Positions 53,949 to 63,783 of a DNA stretch of 64,000 nucleotides are shown piece after piece. The first letter of the stretch is position 1. Every line of letters starts with the position of its first letter. Where the stretch lies: assembly GCA_009702925.1 (NCBI GenBank), contig WLHC01000001.1:43205-107204 (forward strand), given 5' to 3'. The stretch is from Actinomycetota bacterium. Lineage in GTDB: Bacteria; Actinomycetota; Actinomycetes; Nanopelagicales; Nanopelagicaceae. The notes under the pieces were generated by a model that worked only from the letters and a program-made list of their open reading frames with translations, searched no databases and was not told the origin of the DNA. Position numbers and translations under genes: made by a program.

Positions 53949-55126
53949 GGTTTCTCCTCTTTCGAGAGGAATCTACTCCATGATCTAGAGTCCTGCGCGA
54001 CTCTGACTTTAGAGCCTCCCACCATTGACATTTCATAAACAGAATAAATCTGTTCAGCCACAACCGACCAATCAAAAATCTGAGCATGATCCTTACCTGA
54101 TTTTGCTAACTGCGTTCTCTTATCTTGATTACGAAGAAGATCAATGATTACTTTTGCAAGTTCAGTTGAGTTTTCGGATTCAAAAAGAGCGCCATATTGG
54201 CCATGACCCAAAAGATCGTCAAAAGCTGGAATGTCACTTGCGACAACACATGCGCCCCCAGCTAAAGCTTCGGCAACGATGATTCCAAATGATTCACCGC
54301 CAGTGTTGGGGGCAACGTAGAGTGCCACCGATGCCATGAAATCAGCTTTATCAGATTCAGATATTTTTCCAAGAAACTCAAAACGACTTCTTAGCTGTGG
54401 ATCAATACTTTTAATTGCCTCTTCTGGATCCCCAGGGCCTGCAACAAATACTTTGACATCTGGTGCAAACCTGGAAATAACTGGAAGTGCCTCGATTAAG
54501 ACACTTAAACCTTTACGAGATTCTTCGAAACGCCCAATAAAACCAATCGTGTTGCCTTGCCACTTACTTTGCGGTGATCCATGCATGTAACGAGAGGCGT
54601 AAATACCATTAGGGATTACTACCGCATCTGTGTCTAAATGATCGGTGAGAGTTAATCGAGCCGCTTCAGAAACTGCGATGCGAGCCGAGAGTTTTTCTAT
54701 TGCCGGTTCCAAAATAGGACCAATCGCGAAAATAATTTTCTGATGTTTTGCGGCTGCATGAAAGGTTCCAACCATGGGACCCTCTGCCGCCCAACATGCC
54801 AGTAAGGATATGGACGGTATTGCCGGTTCGTGCAGATGAAGAAGATCGAAATTTCCTTCAGCAATCCAGTTTCTAACTCTTGAATATGCAACTGGTCCGA
54901 AAAGAATTCGTGCGACTGCTCCGTTGTAGGGAATTGAAATTGGTTTTCCAGCGTTGATGACATAGGACGGCAACACTGCATCTTCAGATGCGGGCGCAAG
55001 CACTGAAACATCGTGTCCTTGTGCAATTAAGTATTCCGCGAGATCTCGAACGTGATTACCTACACCGCCAGGAGTGTCCCAACTGTAAGGGCAGACGATT
55101 CCAATTTTTAGCAATTTACTAAGCAT
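53945..55126 (-). CDS. pimA: Phosphatidyl-myo-inositol alpha-mannosyltransferase (GT4)
   Basis: IGIVCPYSW..PGGV, PYNG.VAR, HLHEP, E.RKG and GESFGI...EA. Confidence 0.92.
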   Translation of the reverse strand: MLSKLLKIGIVCPYSWDTPGGVGNHVRDLAEYLIAQGHDVSVLAPASEDAVLPSYVINAGKPISIPYNGAVARILFGPVAYSRVRNWIAEGNFDLLHLHEPAIPSISLLACWAAEGPMVGTFHAAAKHQKIIFAIGPILEPAIEKLSARIAVSEAARLTLTDHLDTDAVVIPNGIYASRYMHGSPQSKWQGNTIGFIGRFEESRKGLSVLIEALPVISRFAPDVKVFVAGPGDPEEAIKSIDPQLRSRFEFLGKISESDKADFMASVALYVAPNTGGESFGIIVAEALAGGACVVASDIPAFDDLLGHGQYGALFESENSTELAKVIIDLLRNQDKRTQLAKSGKDHAQIFDWSVVAEQIYSVYEMSMVGGSKVRVAQDSRSWSRFLSKEEKP

Positions 55127-56010
55127 CACTGACGCTCCTTGAAATCGCCATCTGTCCAAATTCTCTGCAACATGTGCCAATCTTCCGGATTATGGCGTAT
55201 GCCTTCTTCGAAGTGCTTTGCAGTCATCGAAACAATTTCCTTGACGCGATCCTTATATTCGCCTTGCGATGGAATTAACACGTTCTTAAATTCCACATGA
55301 ATTCCTTCCGGTGTGTATGAAACAAATGCAGTAATCAATGGTGCTTGAGTCTGTAGAGCTAGAACAGCAGGTCCTGCCGGCATTCTTGTTGGACCATCAA
55401 AGAATTCAACTTCAATTCCAGATTTAGAAAGATCTCGATCGGCCACGAGAGCAACTAAATGGCCCTGGCGCAATCTCGTCTCCAATATTCCGATTGTTTG
55501 ACTATCTAGGGGCAAGACTTCCATTCCCATGTCTTGCCGATACTTAAGAAACTTCAAAAATAACTTCTCTGGCTTTAATCGTTCTGCCACGGTAACAAGA
55601 TGGATTCCTTTAGCGCAGAAATACGCGCCTGCATGATCCCAATTACCGGCATGTGGAAGTGAAACAATCACACCAGTCTTAGCTGCAATGGCATCTAACA
55701 TTAAATGTTCATTTGTAACGCTTACAGTTCCTTGCACTCTTTGCATTGACCAATCTGGAAATCTGAAGGTGTCGATCCAGTAGCGCATGTATGAGCGCAT
55801 GGCCCTTTTTAATAGATCATCTAAATCTGAACTGCTAATAGAAACTTGAGTCCGAGAAAGGTTGCTCCGAAATCTTGAAACGTTTTTACCGTTTCGCTTC
55901 ACAAGATAATCACCCAATACGTAAGCGATGTTGTATGCGGTTTTCTCGGGTAGCCAACGAACTAGCCGCCATCCAGCGAAATAAACAAAGGCTGAAAGAT
56001 TTTCCTTCAC
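55126..56010 (-). CDS. patA: Phosphatidylinositol mannoside acyltransferase
   Basis: SY.RYW..TFR.P, LPH.GNWD.AG and ADRDL...G..V.FF. Confidence 0.88.
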   Translation of the reverse strand: MKENLSAFVYFAGWRLVRWLPEKTAYNIAYVLGDYLVKRNGKNVSRFRSNLSRTQVSISSSDLDDLLKRAMRSYMRYWIDTFRFPDWSMQRVQGTVSVTNEHLMLDAIAAKTGVIVSLPHAGNWDHAGAYFCAKGIHLVTVAERLKPEKLFLKFLKYRQDMGMEVLPLDSQTIGILETRLRQGHLVALVADRDLSKSGIEVEFFDGPTRMPAGPAVLALQTQAPLITAFVSYTPEGIHVEFKNVLIPSQGEYKDRVKEIVSMTAKHFEEGIRHNPEDWHMLQRIWTDGDFKERQ

Positions 56011-56012
56011 GG

Positions 56013-56606
56013 CTAAACGGCCCGTTTAACGATAATCATCCGTTGAATTACTGTGTAAGTTCCAAGCAAAGCAAGTAACCACATTCCACCAGCAAGAACA
56101 TAAGGAACTCCCAAACCTTCAAAGCCAATTGCGGTCAATGCAATTATCAATCTCTCGGTTCGCTCTGCAATTCCACCCGAACATTCAATCCCCAAGGACT
56201 CAGCCTTAGCTCTAACGTAAGGAACAAGCATTCCCGTTAATAAGGTCACCAGAACTACAGAAGTAAGTCGGTCATCTTGCTGAATTAAATATAGGCTTAC
56301 ACCGATTAATATCGCTGAATCTGTTATTCGATCGATTGTGGAGTCTAAGAAACCTCCCCACGCACTTGATCCTGCTTTTGAAATGCGAGCCATGGTTCCA
56401 TCAAACAAATCACTGAGTGCGGCTAGTGAAATAACTATTGTTCCAACAACGAACTGACCCCGAGGATAAAAATATAAAGCTGCTGAAACAACTGCTATTG
56501 CTCCGGTCCATGTAACGGCATTTGGTGTTATGCCTAATCGCAGGGCAAATGAGGCTACGGGTGTGATAACTCTCGTAACAGCCGGCTTGATCTTTGCACT
56601 AATCAT
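56013..56606 (-). CDS. pgsA: Phosphatidylinositol phosphate synthase (CDP-alcohol phosphotransferase)
   Basis: TPNAVT, DLFDGTMAR...GGFLDSTIDR, Y.RAKAE and ER.ERL. Confidence 0.92.
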   Translation of the reverse strand: MISAKIKPAVTRVITPVASFALRLGITPNAVTWTGAIAVVSAALYFYPRGQFVVGTIVISLAALSDLFDGTMARISKAGSSAWGGFLDSTIDRITDSAILIGVSLYLIQQDDRLTSVVLVTLLTGMLVPYVRAKAESLGIECSGGIAERTERLIIALTAIGFEGLGVPYVLAGGMWLLALLGTYTVIQRMIIVKRAV

Positions 56607-56630
56607 CAAGGGACATCGTAGGCTGACCCA

Positions 56631-57215
56631 GTGCAATCTTTGAACACCAAAATAGGAATTCACGTGTATGGACACGAGAGCGCGGACCCACTTAGCGTGG
56701 CCAAAGCCTTTTCAGGAACATACTCCCAAGAGCCTCACAGTCAGAGTGATCTTGCAATTTTTGCCATCAACCCAGCAACAGGAATAGACCAACAAACAAT
56801 CGAAAATTGGCAAGCCTTAGACGAATATCAAGTTCCTCGAATAGTTGTCGTTACACAGTTAGAGAAATCAGAGGCTGATTTTGATGATGCTGTAATGCTT
56901 GCAAATCGAGTTTTTGATCAAGTGATTACTCCATTCTTAGTGCTTCACGATGAGCTCGGAAAGCCTGTGGCTTTGATCAGTCTGGCCGATTTACAGATCA
57001 TCGATTATTCAACAACTCCCCCAACCATCACTGACAGTGATGACGAACATAAGACGCTGGTTCAAGAGTTTCGAGAGGAGTATCTAGAAAAATTTACATC
57101 CGATGGAGAAGGTTCCTTTGAAGCAGGATTGCAATTTCCGGCAATTCCATTATGGATAGAAAAAGGAATTGGCGTTGATAAGGTAAAGGATTTAATAAAA
57201 CAACTTGCTGTTTAA
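56631..57215 (+). CDS. Miniaturised EF-G2 (FusA2)-derived G-domain remnant, degenerate GTP motifs
   Basis: DLAIFAINPATGID..T...W......VPR.VVVTQLE...ADFD resembles the EF-G G-domain core. It occupies the EF-G2 locus between pgsA and HIT. TAGGCT lies 6 nt before the GTG. Confidence 0.65.
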   Translation: MQSLNTKIGIHVYGHESADPLSVAKAFSGTYSQEPHSQSDLAIFAINPATGIDQQTIENWQALDEYQVPRIVVVTQLEKSEADFDDAVMLANRVFDQVITPFLVLHDELGKPVALISLADLQIIDYSTTPPTITDSDDEHKTLVQEFREEYLEKFTSDGEGSFEAGLQFPAIPLWIEKGIGVDKVKDLIKQLAV

Positions 57216-57743
57216 TTACCAGGCTGCTGCAATTTCGTCTCTAGTTAAACTAAGTAGTTGAGGCATTACTTTCGTTTTTCCAATTATTGGCATGAAGTTT
57301 GCATCGCCTCCCCAACGCGGTACAACATGTTGATGTATGTGTTCCGCTATCCCAGCACCTGAGACTTCACCTTGGTTCATTCCAAGATTAAACCCTTGCG
57401 GGGAAGAGACTTTGCGAATCACATTCATGGCATGTGAGGTGAGTTGGTAAATCTCATTTCGTTCATCTTCAGTTAATTGAGTTAAGTCGGCAACATGTCG
57501 GTTTGCGCAGATTAATAGGTGTCCTGGATTGTAGGGGTACAGATTCATAACGACGTATGCCGTGACACCTCTAAAAACAATTAGGCCCTCTTCGTCGGAT
57601 TTATTTGGTATATCGCAAAAAGGACACGTTACTAAATTCCCTGGAAGTGGTCGGTTCTCGCCTCTCAGATATTCAAGACGATGTGGCGCCCAAAGCCTTT
57701 GCCAACCATCTGGCATTCCGCCGCCAGCGATTTCATTGCTCAC
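57216..57743 (-). CDS. HIT-family protein (Ap4A phosphorylase-like)
   Basis: RLWAPHR..Y, CPFC, NLYPYNPGH and HIHQHVVPRW.GD.NF. Confidence 0.92.
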   Translation of the reverse strand: MSNEIAGGGMPDGWQRLWAPHRLEYLRGENRPLPGNLVTCPFCDIPNKSDEEGLIVFRGVTAYVVMNLYPYNPGHLLICANRHVADLTQLTEDERNEIYQLTSHAMNVIRKVSSPQGFNLGMNQGEVSGAGIAEHIHQHVVPRWGGDANFMPIIGKTKVMPQLLSLTRDEIAAAW

Positions 57744-57746
57744 GGC

Positions 57747-59735
57747 TTAAACCTGAGTACGTTCTTTGATTACTTTTTTAATTTCTACAATCGCATCAGC
57801 GATAGGGATTCCATTCTTCTGTTCGCCATTTCTATATCGAAATGAAACAGCACCAGCAGCCTGATCTTCTTCACCAGCAATAACCATGAAGGGGATCTTT
57901 TGCATCTGCGCATTTCGAACCTTCTTTTGCATGCGATCATCAGATGCATCAAGCTCTGCGCGAATGCCGGCCTTGCGCATCGTTTGAATGACATCACCCA
58001 AATAATCCGCAAAACTATCTGCAACAGGAATACCGATTGCTTGCACCGGAGCAAGCCATGGTGGAAATGCACCGCTGTAATGCTCAGTTAGAACACCGAA
58101 GAATCTTTCAATAGATCCAAACAAAGCACGGTGAATCATTACAGGGCGCTGTCTTGTTCCATCACTTGCCGAGTATTCAAGTTCGAATCTTTGAGGTAAT
58201 TGAAAATCAACTTGTATCGTTGACATCTGCCAGGTGCGTCCGATCGCATCTTTTGCCTGAACCGAGATTTTGGGACCATAAAAAGCGGCGCCACCTTCAT
58301 CTAAAACCAATTCGAGATTTTGCGCAGTCGCGGCTTTACGTAGCGCCTCAGTCGCTTCAATCCAATCGGAATCTTCACCTACTGATTTTTCAGGGTTCTT
58401 TGTTGAAAGCTCCAAGTAGAAGTCGTTTAAACCGTAGTCGCGCAAAAGGTTGAGAACAAATGTTAAAAGTGAATCGAGTTCGCCAACCATCTGCTCTTTT
58501 GTGCAATAGATATGTGCATCATCTTGAGTGAAGCCCCTTGCTCGAGTGATTCCATGGAGCACTCCTGATTTTTCATAACGATATACAGTTCCAAATTCAA
58601 AGAGCCTTAATGGAAGTTCCCGGTACGAACGACCCCTAGCCTTATAGATTAGATTGTGAAAAGGGCAGTTCATCGGCTTCATAAAATACTGTTGACCGGC
58701 TCGTTTAATCGTTCCATCTGGATTGTGTTCTTCATCCAAAATCATTGGTGGATACATGCCATCGGCATACCACTGCAGGTGTCCAGAGGTTTCAAACAAT
58801 GCAGCTTTTGTTAAATGCGGCGAGTATACGAAGTCATATCCTTCTTCTTCGTGTCTTAGACGTGAGTAATCCTCCATTGCCCGGCGAATGATTCCGCCCT
58901 TTGGATGAAAGACAGCTAAACCAGATCCAATCTCTTCCGGAAAGGAAAACAGATCAAGTTCATTTCCTAAACGTCGGTGATCTCTTTTTTCAGCCTCAGC
59001 TAATAACTCTAAATGTGCATTTAGCTCATCAACTGATGGCCATGCAGTTCCGTAAATACGCTGCAACATTGGATTTTTTTCAGAACCACGCCAATAAGCC
59101 GCAGCGGTTCTCATTAATTTAAATGCAGGAATCAGCTTGGTAGATGCCAAGTGAGGTCCCCTGCAAAGATCGCTCCATACAGGATTTCCATCTCTACCTA
59201 AATTATCGTAAATAGTTAACTCGGCGCCGCCAACTTCAACCGATGCCTCTTCACCAGCCGGTCCTTTAATTCCAATGAGTTCACATTTAAACGGCTCATG
59301 CGCCAACTCTTTGAGAGCATCTTTCTCAGTAGTCACACGTCGACGAAAACGCTGCCCCTCTTTAATGATCTTTCTCATCGCACTTTCAATTTTGACCAAG
59401 TCATCAGGATTGAAATTCTCTTGTGGGTCAAAGTCGTAGTAGAAACCATCTTTGATTGGAGGGCCGATTCCCAATTTCGTATCTGCAAAAACCTCTTGAA
59501 CAGCTTGTGCCATAACGTGAGCCGTTGAATGTCGAAGAACCGCAAGGCCATCTTCTGAACCAATCGAGACACCTTCGACAACATCTCCTTGAGAAAGTTC
59601 GGTCCAAAGATCCCTTAAAACTCCATTAATGCGTGCCACAACAATCTCTTTATTTTCGGCAAAGATATGTGTTGGACGCTGATCAGCTTCAACATTGACC
59701 ATAACGCCGTCAACGGTAATCGCAATCGTGGACAT
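57747..59735 (-). CDS. thrS: Threonine--tRNA ligase
   Basis: RHSTAH, DLCRGPH, RDHR, KPMNCP.H and [11 protein letters not shown]. Confidence 0.98.
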   Translation of the reverse strand: MSTIAITVDGVMVNVEADQRPTHIFAENKEIVVARINGVLRDLWTELSQGDVVEGVSIGSEDGLAVLRHSTAHVMAQAVQEVFADTKLGIGPPIKDGFYYDFDPQENFNPDDLVKIESAMRKIIKEGQRFRRRVTTEKDALKELAHEPFKCELIGIKGPAGEEASVEVGGAELTIYDNLGRDGNPVWSDLCRGPHLASTKLIPAFKLMRTAAAYWRGSEKNPMLQRIYGTAWPSVDELNAHLELLAEAEKRDHRRLGNELDLFSFPEEIGSGLAVFHPKGGIIRRAMEDYSRLRHEEEGYDFVYSPHLTKAALFETSGHLQWYADGMYPPMILDEEHNPDGTIKRAGQQYFMKPMNCPFHNLIYKARGRSYRELPLRLFEFGTVYRYEKSGVLHGITRARGFTQDDAHIYCTKEQMVGELDSLLTFVLNLLRDYGLNDFYLELSTKNPEKSVGEDSDWIEATEALRKAATAQNLELVLDEGGAAFYGPKISVQAKDAIGRTWQMSTIQVDFQLPQRFELEYSASDGTRQRPVMIHRALFGSIERFFGVLTEHYSGAFPPWLAPVQAIGIPVADSFADYLGDVIQTMRKAGIRAELDASDDRMQKKVRNAQMQKIPFMVIAGEEDQAAGAVSFRYRNGEQKNGIPIADAIVEIKKVIKERTQV

Positions 59736-59739
59736 GTGA

Positions 59740-60498
59740 TTAGCCTACCGAAGTCCTCAGGGCCATCGCTTCGATTTCGCGCTTGAAATCCAAACTTTGT
59801 ACTAATCCCCTTGCATCAATGGACTCTACTGGCTGTGCAAGGCGAAGACTTCCAATCAAAAATGCTGATTTAATATCTTTGATTTCTGAGGCATCAATAC
59901 TGCGCACGCCGACATCAAAGTTCTCTATGACAAGAGCTCGAACAACTCCCGGCAACGCCCCATCAGATAATGGTGGAGTCCACCACGAATCGCCAATTTT
60001 GATGAGTAAGTTGCTAACTCCAGCCTCGCTGACTTTGTTGTCAGGATTTAAAACTATTGCTTCATCAAATCCATTGCTCTTTGCAAAATCTACAATTGAA
60101 ATTCTGTGATCATATGAAAAACGCTTCACTTGTGAGCCATCAGTAGAAACCACGTGAGGATAAGTCATGATTTTTGCTGGAGCAACTAACTCGGAATAAG
60201 CAAGATGCACAGCTAGCCAATCCCCGTTACTGGCAAATGACAAACGTAGTAGTCCAGGATCATGTCTTTGCTCCTTGATTAGAAGTTCAACTCCTGAGCG
60301 CAACGATGACTCGTCAGGAATCTTTGCACCGACCGAAGAGGCAGTGTTTATTGCTCTGCGCATATGCCTGGAAAAGGCCCAAGGCTTTGAATCAACAGTC
60401 TTGATTGTTTCAAAAATTCCAGTACCAGGGAGCCAACCTTTGTCATCACATACAGTTTGATGTTGATCTAATAACTCTCCATTAAAGATTACTTTCAC
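59740..60498 (-). CDS. Class IV aminotransferase / 4-amino-4-deoxychorismate lyase-like
   Basis: G.GIFET, RH..R, GFDEA, E...SN and TPPL..G.LPGVVR. Confidence 0.85.
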   Translation of the reverse strand: MKVIFNGELLDQHQTVCDDKGWLPGTGIFETIKTVDSKPWAFSRHMRRAINTASSVGAKIPDESSLRSGVELLIKEQRHDPGLLRLSFASNGDWLAVHLAYSELVAPAKIMTYPHVVSTDGSQVKRFSYDHRISIVDFAKSNGFDEAIVLNPDNKVSEAGVSNLLIKIGDSWWTPPLSDGALPGVVRALVIENFDVGVRSIDASEIKDIKSAFLIGSLRLAQPVESIDARGLVQSLDFKREIEAMALRTSVG

Positions 60499-61487
60499 TT
60501 GATTGCACCACCAGCGATTTTTATGAGGCGATCAGCCTTTAAGACTGTCTCATTCCATTCCTCGAAAGGATCACTTGACCAAGTGATACCCGCACCCGTA
60601 CCAAAATGAATTCCTTGGTCATTCCAAAATATTCGAATCGCAACAGATAGCTCTGCCTTATCTGCCTGCACCCACCCTAAAACACCACAGTATGGACCCC
60701 GAGCTACCTCGTTCTCTTTTATCACCTGCGTTGCCGATGATTTAGGGGCACCACTAATCGAACCTGCCGGTGATAAGCGAGAAAAAATCTCGCTCCAACT
60801 AACCCCAACTTTTAAGGTCCCATGTATATCGGAAACAAGATGTTTTAAACCTGGGTGGTCTTCACTTGATAAAAGTCTTGGAACCTCAATACTTCCGTTT
60901 TCACAAATTTGTCCCAAATCATTTCGCATGAGATCGACGATCATTATGTTCTCAGCGCGATCTTTGTGACCAAAAATGCCAGCCGAAGGTGACTGAGTTC
61001 CCTTGATCGGCGAAGTCTTAAGATCAGAACCTGTGCGTTTGAGAAAAAGTTCCGGTGAAGCCGAGGCAATGTTTACTCCTGGCATTTCTAAGTAGCAAGC
61101 CCATGGCGAAGGATTTTCTTTTAGTATTTTGCTAAATAATCCACGCAGTGAACTTACCTGCAAACTGTTACTTAAGATTCGACAGGCATTGACCTGATAT
61201 ACCCATCCGTCGGCAATAGATTGCCTAATGCGATCTACATAACCAACATATTCGCTTTGATTTAAGGAGCTTGTCCATTCTTGGATAAGAGGCTCCCAGT
61301 TATAAGTTGGAAATTCTTTTTCTTCGACAGTTGCAAACTTTGCTGCAATAAATCCACCTTCAAATGTCGTGCTCACTGCCCAAAAACCACCATCTGACAA
61401 TGAAGATGGGTCTGTAGAAATCTCAATTAAATCTGTGGCTAATCTGCCTCCCATCCAGAAGAAGGCATCGTCATGTGAAGTGGACAC
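60495..61487 (-). CDS. Chorismate-binding protein (PabB/TrpE-like component I, short)
   Basis: VYQVN, SASPELF, PIKGT, AENIMIVDLMRNDL, GSISGAPK, RGPYCG and GAGIT. Confidence 0.88.
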   Translation of the reverse strand: MSTSHDDAFFWMGGRLATDLIEISTDPSSLSDGGFWAVSTTFEGGFIAAKFATVEEKEFPTYNWEPLIQEWTSSLNQSEYVGYVDRIRQSIADGWVYQVNACRILSNSLQVSSLRGLFSKILKENPSPWACYLEMPGVNIASASPELFLKRTGSDLKTSPIKGTQSPSAGIFGHKDRAENIMIVDLMRNDLGQICENGSIEVPRLLSSEDHPGLKHLVSDIHGTLKVGVSWSEIFSRLSPAGSISGAPKSSATQVIKENEVARGPYCGVLGWVQADKAELSVAIRIFWNDQGIHFGTGAGITWSSDPFEEWNETVLKADRLIKIAGGAIK

Positions 61488-61555
61488 GGGAGAACGCTAA
61501 CCAATGCTTCTCACTTTGGCGCTTAGGCCTCCCCTGCGATAGATTTAACTTCCTC

Positions 61556-61628
61556 GCGGACGTAGCGCAGTTGGTAGCGCGGAACCTTGCCAAGGTTCAG
61601 GTCGCCGGTTCGAACCCGGTCGTCCGCT
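61556..61628 (+). tRNA. tRNA-Gly(GCC)
   Basis: Acceptor stem GCGGACG/CGTCCGC, anticodon arm GAACC-TT-GCC-AA-GGTTC, T-loop GGTTCGAACCC. CCA not encoded. Confidence 0.97.
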
Positions 61629-61689
61629 CTGATAATCGCACCTCAGGCAAAAATTTTCATAAATTTTTGTTAGCCAGCGATTTTTCTAT

Positions 61690-61763
61690 GGTCGGGTGGC
61701 CGAGAGGCGAGGCAAGGGACTGCAAATCCCTCTACACGGGTTCAAATCCCGTCCCGACCTCCA
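61690..61763 (+). tRNA. tRNA-Cys(GCA)
   Basis: Acceptor stem GGTCGGG/CCCGACC, anticodon arm AGGGA-CT-GCA-AA-TCCCT, T-loop GGTTCAAATCC, encoded CCA. Confidence 0.97.
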
Positions 61764-61818
61764 TTATCTACAAAGAAATGATCGCAAGATCTTAAGGATA
61801 AGAACTGAGGTGAACACC

Positions 61819-62160
61819 TTGTCTGATGAATCAAAAAGACCATGGGGTCATTATGAGATTCTTCAAGAATCTTCGGTTCACAAAGTTAAATGCATCTATG
61901 TAAATCCCGGTGCCAGACTTTCATATCAAAGACATCAGAAGCGTGCTGAACACTGGTTTATAGTTTCTGGTACTGCCACTGTTGTTCTTGATGGGCAAAC
62001 GTTTACAAAACAATCAGGTGAGACAGTTGATGTAGCTGTTGGACAACTTCACCGTATTGGAAATACTAGCGATAAGGAATTGGTTTTTATTGAGATACAA
62101 ACAGGGACCTACTTTGGAGAAGATGATATTGAGCGTATCGAAGATGATTTCGCTCGATAA
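61819..62160 (+). CDS. Stand-alone cupin, mannose-6-phosphate isomerase type II C-terminal domain
   Basis: RPWG.Y, LSYQRH..RAEHW, HRI.N and IEIQTG.YFGEDDI.R.EDDF. SD GAGGTG precedes TTG 61819. Confidence 0.88.
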   Translation: MSDESKRPWGHYEILQESSVHKVKCIYVNPGARLSYQRHQKRAEHWFIVSGTATVVLDGQTFTKQSGETVDVAVGQLHRIGNTSDKELVFIEIQTGTYFGEDDIERIEDDFAR

Positions 62161-62216
62161 CCAAACACATTCTGGCTATCTGATATAAATCTGCTGTTGT
62201 ATAGTTTGACCACCGA

Positions 62217-62288
62217 GGACGATTGGCTCAGCGGTAGAGCACCACATTGACATTGTGGGGGTCACTGGTTCGATCCCAGTATCGTCCA
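62217..62288 (+). tRNA. tRNA-Val(GAC)
   Basis: Acceptor stem GGACGAT/ATCGTCC, anticodon arm CCACA-TT-GAC-AT-TGTGG, T-loop GGTTCGATCCC. Own -10 TATAGT at 62200-62205. Confidence 0.96.
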
Positions 62289-62318
62289 CCGACTGATTAG
62301 TTTATTGATGTACAATCT

Positions 62319-62927
62319 GTGTTCATGATTGCATTTACCTCTGGTATCGCCTCTGGTTTGGCTCTAATAATTGCAATCGGTGCCCAGAATGCATTTGTCA
62401 TAAGGCAAGGTCTTCAACGCCAACATGTACTCATCGTTGTCCTCTTGTGTGCAATCTCAGATGCCTTGTTAATTGCCGCGGGCACAGCAGGTTTAGGCAA
62501 GGCGATCGAATCAGCCCCACAAGTACTAGAAGTTGTCCGCTGGTTTGGAGTTACCTACTTAGCTTTTTTTGGTATCAAATCACTGCGTTCGGCATTTAAG
62601 CACAACTCGCTGACCTTGGAGCAAGGAGCAATTGTTTCCAGGAAGAAAACTATTCTTACAGTTCTTGGACTGACTTTCCTTAATCCCCATGTTTATTTAG
62701 ATACCGTTATTTTCTTGGGAAGCATCGCAAATCAATTCCCTACGGACAAATGGTTCTTTACTTTCGGTGCGATGACCGCCAGTTTTCTTTGGTTTTTCTT
62801 CATCGGATTTGGTTCCAAAATGGCTGCTCGATTTATGGTGAAGGTAATTTTTTGGAAAGTTCTAGATCTAATCGTTGCGGCAATTATGTTCACACTTGCG
62901 ACATATCTAATTTTCTATAGTTTTTAA
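62319..62927 (+). CDS. LysE/ArgO-family amino acid exporter
   Basis: LIIAIGAQNAFV.RQG and T.LNPHVYLDT. Start may be ATG 62325. Confidence 0.92.
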   Translation: MFMIAFTSGIASGLALIIAIGAQNAFVIRQGLQRQHVLIVVLLCAISDALLIAAGTAGLGKAIESAPQVLEVVRWFGVTYLAFFGIKSLRSAFKHNSLTLEQGAIVSRKKTILTVLGLTFLNPHVYLDTVIFLGSIANQFPTDKWFFTFGAMTASFLWFFFIGFGSKMAARFMVKVIFWKVLDLIVAAIMFTLATYLIFYSF

Positions 62928-62970
62928 CCGATTACCAATGAGTATCATGCTTTGTCGCTAGGCTTGTCCT

Positions 62971-63726
62971 GTGAATAATTCATATACTGGAATTAACCCA
63001 GAAAATTTCTCGAGGTTTCTTGCCTCACGCAGAAGCACGCGAGATTTTCTACCAACTCCTATCCCCCAAGAGATTCTCGATCAAATTCTTGAAGACGCTC
63101 TTACTGCAGCAAGTTGGTCTAACACTCGACCTTTCAAAGTTGCCGTGGCAACAGGACAGACCCGCGATCGAATTAGTTCCGAGTTCTTATCCCGTTGGGC
63201 CGTTCTCTCGCGAATTCTACGAAAAGGCATAGTTCATAAGTTTCGAATTCTTTACTCTCGCTACGGTCTTCCCACAAGTAATCGAAGCATTGCAAAGCCA
63301 TATCCAGCAGAGCTGAAGCCGCGATCGGAAAGGGTTGGTAAGGAACTCTATGAACTTTTTGGAGTTAAGCGAGGCGACAGGGCGGCCCGAGATCAGCAGT
63401 GGGCAAAGAACTATTCATTTTTTGGTGCACCCGTAGAACTGTTCATTTACATTCATAAAAGCCTTCACATTTACGCCGCATCAGATGCTGGCTTAATGAT
63501 GTCGAACCTAATGCTCTCTGCTCACTCTCATGGTCTTGGCACCTGCGCCCAAGGCGCTGTTGCGGTTTGGGATGATGTAGTGCGAAAAGAGTTTGATATT
63601 TCTAAGGATTACCGATTGCTCTGTGGCATTGCGATCGGCTATCCAAGTGAATCCGCTGTTAATTCCTTTCAAGCACATAGAATTGATATCGACGAAATGG
63701 TTGTAGCCCCAAGAGATCCACAGTAA
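62971..63726 (+). CDS. Nitroreductase-family flavoprotein
   Basis: RRSTRDF, A.SWSN.RP, FFGAP, L.AH..GLGTC.QG and GIAIGY. Confidence 0.9.
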   Translation: MNNSYTGINPENFSRFLASRRSTRDFLPTPIPQEILDQILEDALTAASWSNTRPFKVAVATGQTRDRISSEFLSRWAVLSRILRKGIVHKFRILYSRYGLPTSNRSIAKPYPAELKPRSERVGKELYELFGVKRGDRAARDQQWAKNYSFFGAPVELFIYIHKSLHIYAASDAGLMMSNLMLSAHSHGLGTCAQGAVAVWDDVVRKEFDISKDYRLLCGIAIGYPSESAVNSFQAHRIDIDEMVVAPRDPQ

Positions 63727-63783
63727 ACGAATCCACGTAAAAGTACCTATTAATAAAATAGTTTCAGCCGAAATGAGGTAGCC

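Noticed and set aside
61475-61818. ORF 61475-61795 (106 aa) and the 5' extension of the cupin ORF from 61696
   Set aside because: Both overlap tRNA-Gly and/or tRNA-Cys. They are tRNA shadow ORFs. The true cupin start is near 61819.
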